DNA from: a virus
Length of the DNA stretch: 64,000 bases
Direction: 5' to 3' (one strand)
IMG/VR virus record: IMGVR_UViG_3300045412_000547
Each line of letters starts with the position of its first letter. Positions within the stretch are counted from its first letter, which is position 1. The notes under the pieces are model-generated. The model saw nothing but the letters and a program-made list of their open reading frames with translations, was not told where the DNA came from and made no database searches. Shown one piece after another: positions 28,684-38,904 of this stretch. Both the position numbers and the translations under genes were made by a program.

Positions 28684-29897
28684 GAAAGACCATTACAGGC
28701 ATTTAAGAGGCGTCTTTCCGGGTGACCATAAGGTAAGGTATAAAGCTCTAAATATTTGTTAATATTATCTTCGTTTTCTAGCCAGCGATCCCCGGCGACT
28801 TTACGAGCTTTAGCACACATATTCATGTATTTGCCTTTCTTTTCTAAGGTTTGATCTATAGCCTCAATCATATCATCACCGGTTTTAAACTTAATAGGAG
28901 CATCAGCATATGTACACAAATCTTGACATGCAATTGGCAAACCAAAGCAACTGGACTCTATGTATTTTAAATCACTTTTAGCTTTATTAAAAGTGTTGTC
29001 TTGTAAAGGTGCTACAAGCATATTAACACGGAGACTAAAGATTTTTTCAGGATAATTATATAGTGATTCCCAGGTGTGAAATTCAAATTGTTTAGCTTGA
29101 ACTAAAGGATGAAACCTCATCGGATAAGCCCCGAGAAATACCCATTGATATTTGTGCATAGTACCTAAAATTGCTTCTAAGACATGTTCAAAATCATCTT
29201 TTTGACCTACTCGATTATCTACATCAAAATGAGCTCCCGAACCAGCATATAGAATACGCGGTCGCTCTTTATACAAGTCATAATTTTCTGAAATACGTTT
29301 CTCATCATAATAATGGCCCATCCACCATTTAGGGGGATAATTTGGTATTTTAGTTACATTTTTATTATTTGTTTTAGATTTATAATATTCTCTCATGAAA
29401 TCGCATGTAACGGTTATTTCATCACAAAGTTCCATAATTTGTTGAGAGGTACTTCTAATTTCATCAGCTATAAAAGCGGGTTTAAATTTATTGTATTCAG
29501 GTATATCTTCACGGAACACCAAATCATCAATTTCATATATAATTCTAAAGCTTATTTGTTTTTGAACTTCTTTTAAAAACTGAACAAACTTTAATTGAGC
29601 TGGTGTAGCCTGTCTTTGAATCCGAACAGCTTTGGCACCTATAAAATAACGGGGATCAAAGCACATGACCGTGCTACCATGTACGGTCATTTTTTGATGT
29701 GCGTTGAGTAAGTGCTCTGGCCATATTAACCGCCAAAAACCACAACCGCTGTAATCTGCATAATAATTTAATGCGCGGGGTAAATGGATCTCTGGAGGCA
29801 CCGGATTCGTTTCTGGTGGTGGACCAGCCATAAAAGGATGCGGAGCAACAAATGGAGAAGATCCAAACGGTGAGGCAAAAGGCGATGGGCCGAACAT
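28680..29897 (-). CDS. GT-B fold glycosyltransferase
   Basis: D.SGCG.WR..WP, YEIDD, APL.DN.FN.AKS.LK.IE; SPF-repeat N-terminus. Confidence 0.75.
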   Translation of the reverse strand: MFGPSPFASPFGSSPFVAPHPFMAGPPPETNPVPPEIHLPRALNYYADYSGCGFWRLIWPEHLLNAHQKMTVHGSTVMCFDPRYFIGAKAVRIQRQATPAQLKFVQFLKEVQKQISFRIIYEIDDLVFREDIPEYNKFKPAFIADEIRSTSQQIMELCDEITVTCDFMREYYKSKTNNKNVTKIPNYPPKWWMGHYYDEKRISENYDLYKERPRILYAGSGAHFDVDNRVGQKDDFEHVLEAILGTMHKYQWVFLGAYPMRFHPLVQAKQFEFHTWESLYNYPEKIFSLRVNMLVAPLQDNTFNKAKSDLKYIESSCFGLPIACQDLCTYADAPIKFKTGDDMIEAIDQTLEKKGKYMNMCAKARKVAGDRWLENEDNINKYLELYTLPYGHPERRLLNACNGLS

Positions 29898-29911
29898 CTT
29901 AGTAATTATTG

Positions 29912-31717
29912 TTAGTTAGGTAGATAATCAACTTTTCTTGTGATTCCATTACGTTTTTCTAAAAATATGATATCACCGGAAGCAGACTTAACACTTTCTT
30001 TTCTATGACTTATAATCATGACCGATTCATTAAAATTTTGTACACGTTCTCTTAATATATTAATAACTAAATCAACACCTTTCTCGTCAAGACTCGAATC
30101 AAACAATTCATCATATATACTAAAATTATATGTCACGTCACCCTGTAATCTACGTATATCCATAAAAGCAAACAAACATGCTAAGTCTATATTCTTTCTT
30201 TCTGCACCACTAAAATTGAAATAAGAACATAGCTTGCCTTTATCATCTATTATCTCTTCTTCAAAATATTCATTAAATGTACAGTGACAATTAGCATCCA
30301 TCTTTTTTAAATAAAAAATGAGTTTCGAATTAAACAATTGTAAAATCTTTTTAACAATATATGCTTTTACACCTTCTTCTGAAACAACGAATTTAGCAGT
30401 TTCTTGAAGCTTGATAGCTTTTTTTAGTTCATCTATTTTTTTATTAATCACTTTTAGTTTTTTATTTTGATCATCAATAAGACTATCATAATTTTTTACA
30501 TTATTTTTTATATCTTTTAAATCTTGATCTAATTCAATCTGCCAGGCTTCCAGTTGTTTTTTTCTACTTAATGTATTGTCATAATCCTTTTTTTCTAAGT
30601 TAAAATTATTAATTTTAGTTTGAAATGTTTTAATTTTTTCATCTAATTTCTTTTCTAAAGATAGCAATGTTTCTACATCCTTTTCATTTTTTTCTATTTC
30701 TTCATCATACTCGTCAATTTGCTTGTTAATTTTTTCTTTTTCTTTTTCTATATGCTTTTTATCAATATCTACTATATTTCGTAAGCACATCGGGCATTTT
30801 CCTTTTAATGTGTCTATAGTAGAGAATTGCTTATTGAGCTGCTTAATAAAAGTTTGTTTTTCAGAAATGTTATGGCGAATTTTTATAAGTTTAGAGTCTA
30901 CTTTTTCAATATTATTTCTTTGTTCATCAATCTGCTTTTCAATTTCTGAAACATCATGCTTTACAAAAGCTTTAAGCTTTTTCTCTATAGAAATTAACTC
31001 ATCTGCATTATTCTTTTTTCTATTTTCGTATTTTGCTTTGCGCGCTTTTTGTTCAGCCTCTGTGCTTACTTTTTGTTTTTCTAAGACTGTAATATTTCGC
31101 TCTATTTCATCAAATTTAGTAGATTCAATATCAAATTCACGTTTAGTATCAATTATATCTTCTTTTAATCTAGAAAGCATATCACTAAACACGCTTAAAT
31201 TAAAAATATCTTCAATAAATTTTCTTTTATCTTGTTTCTTCTTTGCCATAAACGGAATAGTATTATTCACTGTCATAATAACACAGTTTTGAAACACATC
31301 TTCGGTACAATTTAGAAGCTGTAAAATATACTCGTTGGTATTAGTGATACTATCTCGGGTAACGTCTTTGCCATTTATTTTTAAATAACACCGAGACGGT
31401 TCTAATGATCTCGTAATTTGTATATCATCTTTTTTGCCTAAATTTTCTATTTCAATATCCAAAACAACTTCACAATTTGTTTTATTAATATTATTAACTA
31501 TAAGTTCTTTTTTAAGATCACGTAGCGTGTTACCAAACACCCCGAAATGTATAGCATCTGCAACAGTAGATTTACCTACACCGTTTCTGCGGTCCTCTTT
31601 ATCGCGATTAACACCGGTTATAATATGAAGACCGGATTTAAACTCTACTTCTACAGGTTCTTTTCCTACGGATAAAAAGTTTTTAAGAGATACTTTTTTA
31701 AATGCAATATTTTTCAT
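29912..31717 (-). CDS. gp46: recombination nuclease ATPase subunit (Rad50/SbcC-like)
   Basis: NFLS.G, NGVGKST, CPMC hook, FSGAE signature, DELFDSSLD, ISH. Confidence 0.95.
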   Translation of the reverse strand: MKNIAFKKVSLKNFLSVGKEPVEVEFKSGLHIITGVNRDKEDRRNGVGKSTVADAIHFGVFGNTLRDLKKELIVNNINKTNCEVVLDIEIENLGKKDDIQITRSLEPSRCYLKINGKDVTRDSITNTNEYILQLLNCTEDVFQNCVIMTVNNTIPFMAKKKQDKRKFIEDIFNLSVFSDMLSRLKEDIIDTKREFDIESTKFDEIERNITVLEKQKVSTEAEQKARKAKYENRKKNNADELISIEKKLKAFVKHDVSEIEKQIDEQRNNIEKVDSKLIKIRHNISEKQTFIKQLNKQFSTIDTLKGKCPMCLRNIVDIDKKHIEKEKEKINKQIDEYDEEIEKNEKDVETLLSLEKKLDEKIKTFQTKINNFNLEKKDYDNTLSRKKQLEAWQIELDQDLKDIKNNVKNYDSLIDDQNKKLKVINKKIDELKKAIKLQETAKFVVSEEGVKAYIVKKILQLFNSKLIFYLKKMDANCHCTFNEYFEEEIIDDKGKLCSYFNFSGAERKNIDLACLFAFMDIRRLQGDVTYNFSIYDELFDSSLDEKGVDLVINILRERVQNFNESVMIISHRKESVKSASGDIIFLEKRNGITRKVDYLPN

Positions 31718-32775
31718 TTACATTTTTGGTATAAATCAATACAATACTTAGCTACTTCATCCTTATCTTCGATTTCAAGCAGGTTTACAAATTCATTAAT
31801 AGCCTGAGTAATATCCACACCGCCCAAGTCATATCTATTTTCTTCAGGTACGCTTAACCGGTCCACAGCAAGAGAATAATCTACAGAAAGAGACTGTGGT
31901 TTATGAAGAGATACCTTTTTTAATAAACTATCAATATTTTCGCTAGATATTTTTTTATCAATAACAAATTTTACTATGTTCTTTGAAAACATAGCTTCAA
32001 CTTCTTTACCTTCTAACGATTCTTGATTTAAAATTTCTGAAAGAAGTACTTTACGGTGTTTCGGTGAAACATTATTCTCAAAAAACTCATAGCTAATATC
32101 ATTTAAATCTAGAATATAATAACCTTTTGAAGAACCAACGTCACCAAAATCCATCTCAAACGGATTACCTAAGTATATAATTTTACCTTCATCGTACTCT
32201 CTTTCATCTCTTAAATGAAAATGACCAGAAAAAATATACCGAGCATGATCTAGTAAGTCTTTTGATTTAAAACCTTCTTCACAGAGCTTAAATGAATTCA
32301 TTTTGAAGCTTTCTATTTCTAAATGACCAAAAATAATATCGCCTTTATCTAGATTTGATAAATCAGAGTTCCAAGGTAAGAAAATACATTTTTTACCGTA
32401 AAGAACTGTAGTACAAGTTTGACTTATAACATTAATATTGTCCCATCCATGTAGAATAGATAGAGAATTAACATCAGTACGATCTTTATAAAAAGAATCG
32501 TGATTACCAACTAAGATATTTATATTAAAATCTTTCCAGATTTTTAATATTTCATTAACTACATGAATCGTGTTTACAGCTATTTCATCTCTGTAATGAT
32601 AAAGATCTCCAAGCAGTAAAATATCTTGAATATTTTTTTCTTCTAACTCGTTCTTTAACCATATAGCCCACTTGAGAGCGGTATCGTGCCAAAAGCTACT
32701 ATTTTGATGTACTCCAATATGTAAATCGGATATACAGCAAACTTTGCTGTTTCGTAAAGTTACGTCTTTTTGCAT
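31714..32775 (-). CDS. gp47: recombination nuclease subunit (Mre11/SbcD-like)
   Basis: SDLHIG, LGD, GNHD, GHLE, SGHFH, YLGNP. Confidence 0.95.
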   Translation of the reverse strand: MQKDVTLRNSKVCCISDLHIGVHQNSSFWHDTALKWAIWLKNELEEKNIQDILLLGDLYHYRDEIAVNTIHVVNEILKIWKDFNINILVGNHDSFYKDRTDVNSLSILHGWDNINVISQTCTTVLYGKKCIFLPWNSDLSNLDKGDIIFGHLEIESFKMNSFKLCEEGFKSKDLLDHARYIFSGHFHLRDEREYDEGKIIYLGNPFEMDFGDVGSSKGYYILDLNDISYEFFENNVSPKHRKVLLSEILNQESLEGKEVEAMFSKNIVKFVIDKKISSENIDSLLKKVSLHKPQSLSVDYSLAVDRLSVPEENRYDLGGVDITQAINEFVNLLEIEDKDEVAKYCIDLYQKCK

Positions 32776-33368
32776 TAGTCTTGTGCGTTATAATTATCAT
32801 CATCTGGCTCTATGTAGATGTGAACATTTCCAAATTCATCTGTCTTAGCCATTGTTTCAGTATAAACTTTTTGTTTATACTCATCTAAAACTTCATGATG
32901 TTTCTTCTCTTTTTTAATCCGATTGATAAAAGCATGAAATGCAATTGTTGTAAAATATGAAAAAGGACTAAATCCTGAATCTAATCTAAACTTTTTGTTC
33001 TTTAATGCCGAAAACATTTTTACAACAGCATCGCCAATCATCTCATCTTTGTAAGAATAGTTAATAAAGTTAGTAGCATAAGACAACCCGTTAGCTATCT
33101 TTATAATACTATCTCCAAGTTTTTCACTAATGCGCTCTGACTGATAAAACTTACGTATCTCTTCCTCAAATTCTCTACTATTTACATAATGAAGTTTATC
33201 TTTTGGTTTAAGCTTTTTTGCTTCTTGAACTTTCTTAGCTAATATTTGAAAGTCAGGATCATTTAAATCTAGATCATCTTCTATAGCTAGATCTTCAGCA
33301 ATATTCTTGCCTTTTTTCTTAAGCTTCTTGGATTGTTTTTGTATTGGTTTGGATGTTTTCTTTTTCAT
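32775..33368 (-). CDS. gp55: late-transcription sigma factor
   Basis: HYVN..EF, IANGLS...NF.NYSY..EMI.D, FSYFT.IA..AF..RI.KEKK. Confidence 0.9.
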   Translation of the reverse strand: MKKKTSKPIQKQSKKLKKKGKNIAEDLAIEDDLDLNDPDFQILAKKVQEAKKLKPKDKLHYVNSREFEEEIRKFYQSERISEKLGDSIIKIANGLSYATNFINYSYKDEMIGDAVVKMFSALKNKKFRLDSGFSPFSYFTTIAFHAFINRIKKEKKHHEVLDEYKQKVYTETMAKTDEFGNVHIYIEPDDDNYNAQD

Positions 33369-34761
33369 AAAGTTTTAAACGCTTCTCCATATGCTGTTTA
33401 CCGTAAAAAAGTTGATCTGCTATGTCAAAAATAACTAGCTTTTCCTTATTTTGATGTAAGCGAAGACCACGGCCTATTGATTGTATAATCTTCACCTTTG
33501 CTTTTCCACCTCCGGCGAAAATTATAAAATGTAAATTTCTTATATTTATTCCGGTCGAGAATATTTTTGATATGGCAACAACACAAATATTATCTTTTTT
33601 CTCCATTAAATTTTTAATTTTGTCTCTTTCTTCAACTTCAACTTCTCCGCGTATAAAATATACGTCTTTTGTTTTACAGTGTTCTTTCAATAACGATGTT
33701 ATGGTTTCACCGTGCTCAATAAAGTCTATTAAGATAAGAACATTATTCTTTAGACCGGTTACTAATTTACTAATAATTTTATTTCTAAAGTCACTCTTAA
33801 TTATAAATTTTTGTTCAGCTCTGAATCTATCTGATATTCCTACAAAATTTTCCTTTTCTTGTATTTTTTTATAAAAAAGTTGTAATATTTGAATCGTTAC
33901 ATTACTTACATAATTTTCTAACCGAAGCTCGTAGCTATTTTTCTCGTAAAGAATAGGTCCAATTTTTCCTATAATGTTCCATTGGTCTAATTCGTTTTCT
34001 GGTAGTGTACCGGTGAACCCAAATTTAAACGGGGTATTAATTTTTTTAATAATTTTGTTAATTTCGTTACCTCTTCTTATCTTATGAACTTCGTCAACTA
34101 CAAGAAAGTTAATTTGAGTGAGCCAATCTAAGTTTGTGTTCTTGCTTTGAAGTATTCCCAGATTAGCAATAACCACGCTTGTTGTTAAATCGAGCGGATT
34201 ACTACCTGTAAATTTTGAAGTACTGTAAGAAACTTTGTAACTTTTAAAATCACTAGATGTTTGGTTTACAAGACCAAGATCTGGAACTATAATCAAAGCT
34301 TTAGCTTTTGGTGTCTCACGAAACGCGTTAGCTAATACCGATGCTATAACTAAGGTTTTACCGCCTGCTGTAGCTAGAACAACAGTTCCCCTTCCAATTT
34401 TATAACACTTTTCAACTATTTCTTTTTGATAATCTCTAAGATCTAATTTAAGTTTTTCTATTTCTTTATCTTGTTTCCAAAGACTCTTAGCGGGTAGTAA
34501 TTGCTCTAAGATTTGAGTATCTGTCTTAATCTCATCTACATACTGTAGAAATGTGATAAACTTTCTTATCTCAAAGTATAAACCTAAATCAAACCTACCG
34601 TTAGGGGTGATAGCATAAGTTCTTTGCGGTACGAATCTTTTATAATTTCGTATAAATGCTGCAGATTCGTTTTTTACAGAAAACTTTTCTCGTATTTCAT
34701 TAAACAGGTCACCACTAACGATGCCCTGCTTTTTAGCAGAGTCATATTCAAATGATATCAT
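33319..34761 (-). CDS. uvsW: SF2 DNA helicase
   Basis: LRDYQ, ATAGGKT, DEVH, GFTGT, FSTGINI, QSIGRGLR. Confidence 0.93.
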   Translation of the reverse strand: MISFEYDSAKKQGIVSGDLFNEIREKFSVKNESAAFIRNYKRFVPQRTYAITPNGRFDLGLYFEIRKFITFLQYVDEIKTDTQILEQLLPAKSLWKQDKEIEKLKLDLRDYQKEIVEKCYKIGRGTVVLATAGGKTLVIASVLANAFRETPKAKALIIVPDLGLVNQTSSDFKSYKVSYSTSKFTGSNPLDLTTSVVIANLGILQSKNTNLDWLTQINFLVVDEVHKIRRGNEINKIIKKINTPFKFGFTGTLPENELDQWNIIGKIGPILYEKNSYELRLENYVSNVTIQILQLFYKKIQEKENFVGISDRFRAEQKFIIKSDFRNKIISKLVTGLKNNVLILIDFIEHGETITSLLKEHCKTKDVYFIRGEVEVEERDKIKNLMEKKDNICVVAISKIFSTGINIRNLHFIIFAGGGKAKVKIIQSIGRGLRLHQNKEKLVIFDIADQLFYGKQHMEKRLKLYEKENIQTNTKTIQEA

Positions 34762-35147
34762 GTGGTCTCAAGTTTTATGATATCTATTAAATTCTTCAAA
34801 TCATAAGATGTACTGCTTAGAGTCTTTTCTGCTTTCTCTAAAAGTTCTACTACAAGATTCAGTTCGTTTATTTTTTTGTCTATCTCTTTTAATTCGCTAT
34901 GTTTTTCAGCGGTTTTTTCTATGATAGGTAATGCTAATTTGACAGGACTCGTCTCTTGGATTTGATCTACTAATTTTCGTTTTATTTCCTCTCTTTTACC
35001 TCGACATTCAAAAAGCTCATGTTTATGTCGAATATAGCGCCCAGCCCATTTATGCTTGATTCCGGGTAATTTCAACTGGTATTCTTTTAAATTTAGCTCG
35101 TCAATCTTTAAATCGCTTTCTAATTCCTTAATATAATCTTCGATCAT
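34758..35147 (-). CDS. uvsY: recombination mediator
   Basis: DLKID..NL....P..KHKW, coiled coil, ends KNLID..K; adjacent to uvsW. Confidence 0.75.
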   Translation of the reverse strand: MIEDYIKELESDLKIDELNLKEYQLKLPGIKHKWAGRYIRHKHELFECRGKREEIKRKLVDQIQETSPVKLALPIIEKTAEKHSELKEIDKKINELNLVVELLEKAEKTLSSTSYDLKNLIDIIKLETT

Positions 35148-35181
35148 TAGCTAAATAATAATATATACAAACGTAAAATCC

Positions 35182-35472
35182 ATGAACAGATTTGAAAAAG
35201 TATTTAATGAAGTTTTAGCTGAAAACAACTCCTCTGGAGGAGAAAGTAGCGTTTTTGGTAGTAACAATGGTCAGGATATTGGCTCTCATGGAAATCAGTT
35301 TGCCTCTCAAAATAGTAATGCCTATGCGAAAGGCGACAATCGAAAATTATCTCCTTACGGTCCTGCAGGAGCTGTATTAGGCGCTAAAGTTTCAAAGAAA
35401 AAAAAGAAACGCAAAAGTTCTAACGTTACGGTTAAATTTCCGATACAGCGTAGAACATTTTCAGGTTATTGA
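35182..35472 (+). CDS. hypothetical protein, capsid-targeting-like N-terminus
   Basis: MNRFEKVFNEVLAE; basic C-terminus. Confidence 0.6.
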   Translation: MNRFEKVFNEVLAENNSSGGESSVFGSNNGQDIGSHGNQFASQNSNAYAKGDNRKLSPYGPAGAVLGAKVSKKKKKRKSSNVTVKFPIQRRTFSGY

Positions 35473-35473
35473 T

Positions 35474-35887
35474 ATGGATTTAGGGCATTGGATAGTGGCA
35501 GAGGGTGTGGAATTTTCTGAAGAAAACTACGGTTTTATATATGAAATAACTAATAAAGTTAATAATAGAATTTACATTGGAAAAAAGCAATGTAAGCATA
35601 GAAGAAAAAGAAAACCGCTTAAGGGTAGGACTAAAAATAGAATTCAAATTCAAGAATCAGACTGGAAAACTTATACAAGTTCTTCAAATGATCTTAATTA
35701 TGACATACAAAAATATGGAAAGGAAAAATTTGTGTTTAAAATTATCCGTGCATGTAATTCAAAGTGGGAGCTAGCTTATTTTGAAATTAAAGAACAAATT
35801 GAAAGGGAAGCAATTTTATCCGAGCAATATTATAATGGAATAATAAACGTAAGAATTGGGCGTCCACCAAAAGATTTGAAGTTATAA
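35474..35887 (+). CDS. small GIY-YIG-family nuclease
   Basis: YGFIYEITN....IYIGKKQ, W..Y.SS, YYN. Confidence 0.75.
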   Translation: MDLGHWIVAEGVEFSEENYGFIYEITNKVNNRIYIGKKQCKHRRKRKPLKGRTKNRIQIQESDWKTYTSSSNDLNYDIQKYGKEKFVFKIIRACNSKWELAYFEIKEQIEREAILSEQYYNGIINVRIGRPPKDLKL

Positions 35888-35908
35888 AAATATACTTTAA
35901 AATACAAT

Positions 35909-36463
35909 GTGAGTGATATTTTAAGTCGTTATAACATTCATTTAACAGATTTAGTTAATATTTACAAAAATAAAATTGATGTACCGCTTGTTAACGACTT
36001 GCATAAATTTAGTATATTAGGTCAAATAGATAAATCATTTAGAAAACTATTTTTGCATAACGTAATTTTTTATGTTTGTCAAGAAATAGTAGAAACAAGA
36101 TGTAAAGAGAAAATAATTTTATACTATTGTGAAAAAGAATTTTTACAGCAAAAACTTAATATTTTTGAACATTACAACAAGCATGCAATAAATTATGAGC
36201 TTTCTAATGTATTTAAAATAATAAGAAATAAAATACCTATTCGCTATTTTAGCTCAGACACACCTATGTTAGAATTAAAGTCTTTATTAAAGGATAAAAA
36301 CGGTAAAGCAGTAGATGTAGTAAACAAAATTCGTCATCTTTCTGACAAAAAAGTTTCTTATAGCTTTTTAAAAGCAAAATCATTTTGTAATAAGAATGGA
36401 CTAGTGTTTTTAGTCAAAGAGTATTTTGAAAAGCTTAAGACAAAACATCTTTTTATATCATAG
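35909..36463 (+). CDS. hypothetical protein (possible degenerate RNase H/5'-nuclease fragment)
   Basis: ORF with TTGAAG-N16-TAAAAT promoter; weak resemblance only. Confidence 0.5.
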   Translation: MSDILSRYNIHLTDLVNIYKNKIDVPLVNDLHKFSILGQIDKSFRKLFLHNVIFYVCQEIVETRCKEKIILYYCEKEFLQQKLNIFEHYNKHAINYELSNVFKIIRNKIPIRYFSSDTPMLELKSLLKDKNGKAVDVVNKIRHLSDKKVSYSFLKAKSFCNKNGLVFLVKEYFEKLKTKHLFIS

Positions 36464-36481
36464 TTTTTAATAAATATATGT

Positions 36482-36823
36482 GTGAAGTTTAATGATTCAT
36501 TAAAAAACGCATATTTGTTGTTTGAGCAAGAGCCGCCTGAAAGCGCATTGCCAGATGCTGCAATGCCTCAGAAGGATGCATTACCAGAAGCGCCACCGGG
36601 CCCGGATTTAGAAACAAAAACCGATAAACTTACCCCTGAGGGCGAAGTAATGTTGATAAGATTACTATTAAAAGCGTTTGTATTGTCACCTGAACCGGAA
36701 GATGCATCTGAAATATCTAAAATTCAAAATGTTAATGCTAATAATGCTAAAGAAGTTCTAAAGAAAATTATTGGACTAGTAAGAAAATATACTAACGTTG
36801 ATGTCGATATTCCGGAAGTTTAA
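36482..36823 (+). CDS. hypothetical late protein, candidate head internal protein
   Basis: TAAATA-N5-GTG; MKFNDSL...FEQE then Pro/Ala linker. Confidence 0.65.
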   Translation: MKFNDSLKNAYLLFEQEPPESALPDAAMPQKDALPEAPPGPDLETKTDKLTPEGEVMLIRLLLKAFVLSPEPEDASEISKIQNVNANNAKEVLKKIIGLVRKYTNVDVDIPEV

Positions 36824-36840
36824 AACGGTGTCAAAAGGTT

Positions 36841-38025
36841 ATGAGGCTTTTTGATGAATACTATTTTTTAGTAAACGAAAAAGCTAGTCTTCTTCATCCT
36901 TATTCATTACCAAATATTACAACTGGTAATGATCTTGTACGTTTTTTTCAAGAATCTATATCATCAATTGAGAATGGCAAAGCTACCTTAAAGTTTGATG
37001 GTGTTAACTGTTCATTAAGATTTCAAAATAATCAATTTGTTTTAGATCGTTTTTCCTTGAAAGACGAGGAAGGTATAACAGCAGATAAGTTATCTTCAAG
37101 ATTTAAAGAAGGACATGGTCTTATTGATGCGGGTCAAACAATATTAAAAATCTTTAATAATTCTATTCCTAATATACAACAAGAGCTTCATGAGTTAAGA
37201 ATGTTAGAAAAAAGTAATATTGTTTTAAATATAGAATTTATTCAAGGTACAACAAACGTTATAAATTATAAACACAATTATTTTGTTATACATAATGTAT
37301 TAGAAATTTATGAAGCTTTTAGTCCGGTAAGAAAATCTAGAAGCAGAAAAGTTAGAGCTATAGATTATGATAAAAATTCTTTAGAAAGATTAGTAAAAAA
37401 AATAAATTTAGAAGCTAATAAATTCAATTTTAATGTGGTACATAGAGAAATAGTGCGTTTTTCTACTAAACCAGATTTAAATAAAATTTTAAATTCTAAA
37501 TTAGACATAAAAATAAATGAAGAAAATATTCAATCTGATACTTTAAAAAATCTGCTAGAAAAAGCAAAAAATACAAGCAACGTTATAGTAAAACTTTTTG
37601 ATAAAAGCTCAGTTCGAGCTCTAAGCAGAAAGATATACCTTTTATTCGCAGGTGGTTACAGTATCGAGCAAATTTTACTAGATTTAAATAAAGTCCAAGC
37701 CGTTGTAGATGGTATTGTCTTTTATCATACTACTATGTTCTTAGGACAAGAAATTTTAAACTGCTTGGTTTCTAATTTAGGGCCTGTAAATGAACAAGAA
37801 GGTATTGTTATTAATGATATAACTTTATCACACGTACCTTTTAAAATTACCGGCACATTTATGACAAGGAATTATTTTGAGAGTAAATTTAGAAATGAAG
37901 AAGAGGAATATGGATTTAAAGGTTTTTATAATAATGTACAAAAAACTTTAGGAGTTCCTTTTACAGAACCCGAATACGGTAAGCAAAGTCCGCAATTAAG
38001 ATTAACACCGGGAATGGTTATATGA
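36841..38025 (+). CDS. ATP-dependent ligase-like covalent nucleotidyltransferase (KxDG superfamily, DUF6267-like)
   Basis: Motif I TLKFDG, NIEF, motif IV QEGIVI, motif V FKITG. Confidence 0.65.
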   Translation: MRLFDEYYFLVNEKASLLHPYSLPNITTGNDLVRFFQESISSIENGKATLKFDGVNCSLRFQNNQFVLDRFSLKDEEGITADKLSSRFKEGHGLIDAGQTILKIFNNSIPNIQQELHELRMLEKSNIVLNIEFIQGTTNVINYKHNYFVIHNVLEIYEAFSPVRKSRSRKVRAIDYDKNSLERLVKKINLEANKFNFNVVHREIVRFSTKPDLNKILNSKLDIKINEENIQSDTLKNLLEKAKNTSNVIVKLFDKSSVRALSRKIYLLFAGGYSIEQILLDLNKVQAVVDGIVFYHTTMFLGQEILNCLVSNLGPVNEQEGIVINDITLSHVPFKITGTFMTRNYFESKFRNEEEEYGFKGFYNNVQKTLGVPFTEPEYGKQSPQLRLTPGMVI

Positions 38026-38687
38026 ATACCTTTCAAGATTTTTATAATAAATCTCTTAAAAATAACTTAGTAGTTATATTTCCAGGTAGATTCCAGCCTT
38101 TTCATCCGGGGCATAAAAAACTTTATGATTATGCAAAAGAGCAGTTTCCTGCTGCAGATTTTAAAATAGCTACTAGCAATGTGAATAGAACCACAACATA
38201 TGAAGATCCTCGATATAAAATAGATCCTGAAAGATACCCTTTTACGTTTGAAGAAAAGAAAAAAATAATTCAAGCGTACGGTATACACGAATCTGAAATA
38301 CAGCTAACAGCTAATCCGTATAAAGCTGTAGAAATTTTAAAAGATTATAAACCGGAATTTACCAAAGTTATCTTTATTGGTGGAAAAAAGAATGAAAGTG
38401 AATCTGAAGGTAAGCCTAGATTTAGCTACTCTGAAACGTCTTATTTTCAGCCATTTAAAAAATTAGAAGATCTACAGCCATTTGATCCAAATCATAATGG
38501 TCATGCATATATTTATGAACCCTTAACGCTTACGTTTAAATTAGGAGAACAAATAGTACAAGACGCAAGTCAACTAAGAAAAATGTATAAAGAAGCTGAC
38601 GAACAAACAAAAAGAAATTATATAAGAGAATTGTTAGGAGAGTTTAATAAAGAGATTTATGATTTATTTTCTTCTAAATTAAGTTGA
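38022..38687 (+). CDS. HxGH nucleotidyltransferase (cytidylyltransferase/NMNAT-like)
   Basis: FPGRFQPFHPGH, PFTFEEK, ASQLR. Confidence 0.8.
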   Translation: MNTFQDFYNKSLKNNLVVIFPGRFQPFHPGHKKLYDYAKEQFPAADFKIATSNVNRTTTYEDPRYKIDPERYPFTFEEKKKIIQAYGIHESEIQLTANPYKAVEILKDYKPEFTKVIFIGGKKNESESEGKPRFSYSETSYFQPFKKLEDLQPFDPNHNGHAYIYEPLTLTFKLGEQIVQDASQLRKMYKEADEQTKRNYIRELLGEFNKEIYDLFSSKLS

Positions 38688-38890
38688 GAAGATTTAAATG
38701 TAGCTGTTGTATCAGTTGAAAGCTTAGCTAATTCAAAAGCAAACTCATGAGAAGGTACAAGAGAGCGAAAGCGATTTAATACATCTTGGTAATACTTACT
38801 TTCTTTATGTGCAGCTAGATTCTTTAAAATTCGGCCGCAATCATCAAAGGATAAGTGATTAACTTTCTTGTTTTTTTGCTTTTTACTCAT
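38657..38890 (-). CDS. hypothetical protein
   Basis: ORF downstream of 38905..39519. Confidence 0.5.
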   Translation of the reverse strand: MSKKQKNKKVNHLSFDDCGRILKNLAAHKESKYYQDVLNRFRSLVPSHEFAFELAKLSTDTTATFKSSQLNLEENKS

Positions 38891-38904
38891 ACGCTTTAAA
38901 AAGC

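Noticed and set aside
30723-31292. 189-aa plus-strand ORF and other short track ORFs (e.g. 333, 1029, 1702, 3562, 6053, 9298, 13480, 17091, 22908, 33572, 58540)
   Set aside because: Antisense or off-frame shadows of well-supported genes; composition mirrors the coding strand
6928-34761. Introns or inteins in terminase, helicase, UvsX, polymerase, UvsW
   Set aside because: Lengths are ordinary, motifs contiguous, no intein splice-junction signatures noticed
35474-35887. Mobile homing endonuclease
   Set aside because: Only 137 aa, lacks a DNA-binding extension and interrupts no gene; kept as a small GIY-YIG nuclease
35909-36463. Firm call as T4 RNase H
   Set aside because: Too short and catalytic acidic clusters are not evident
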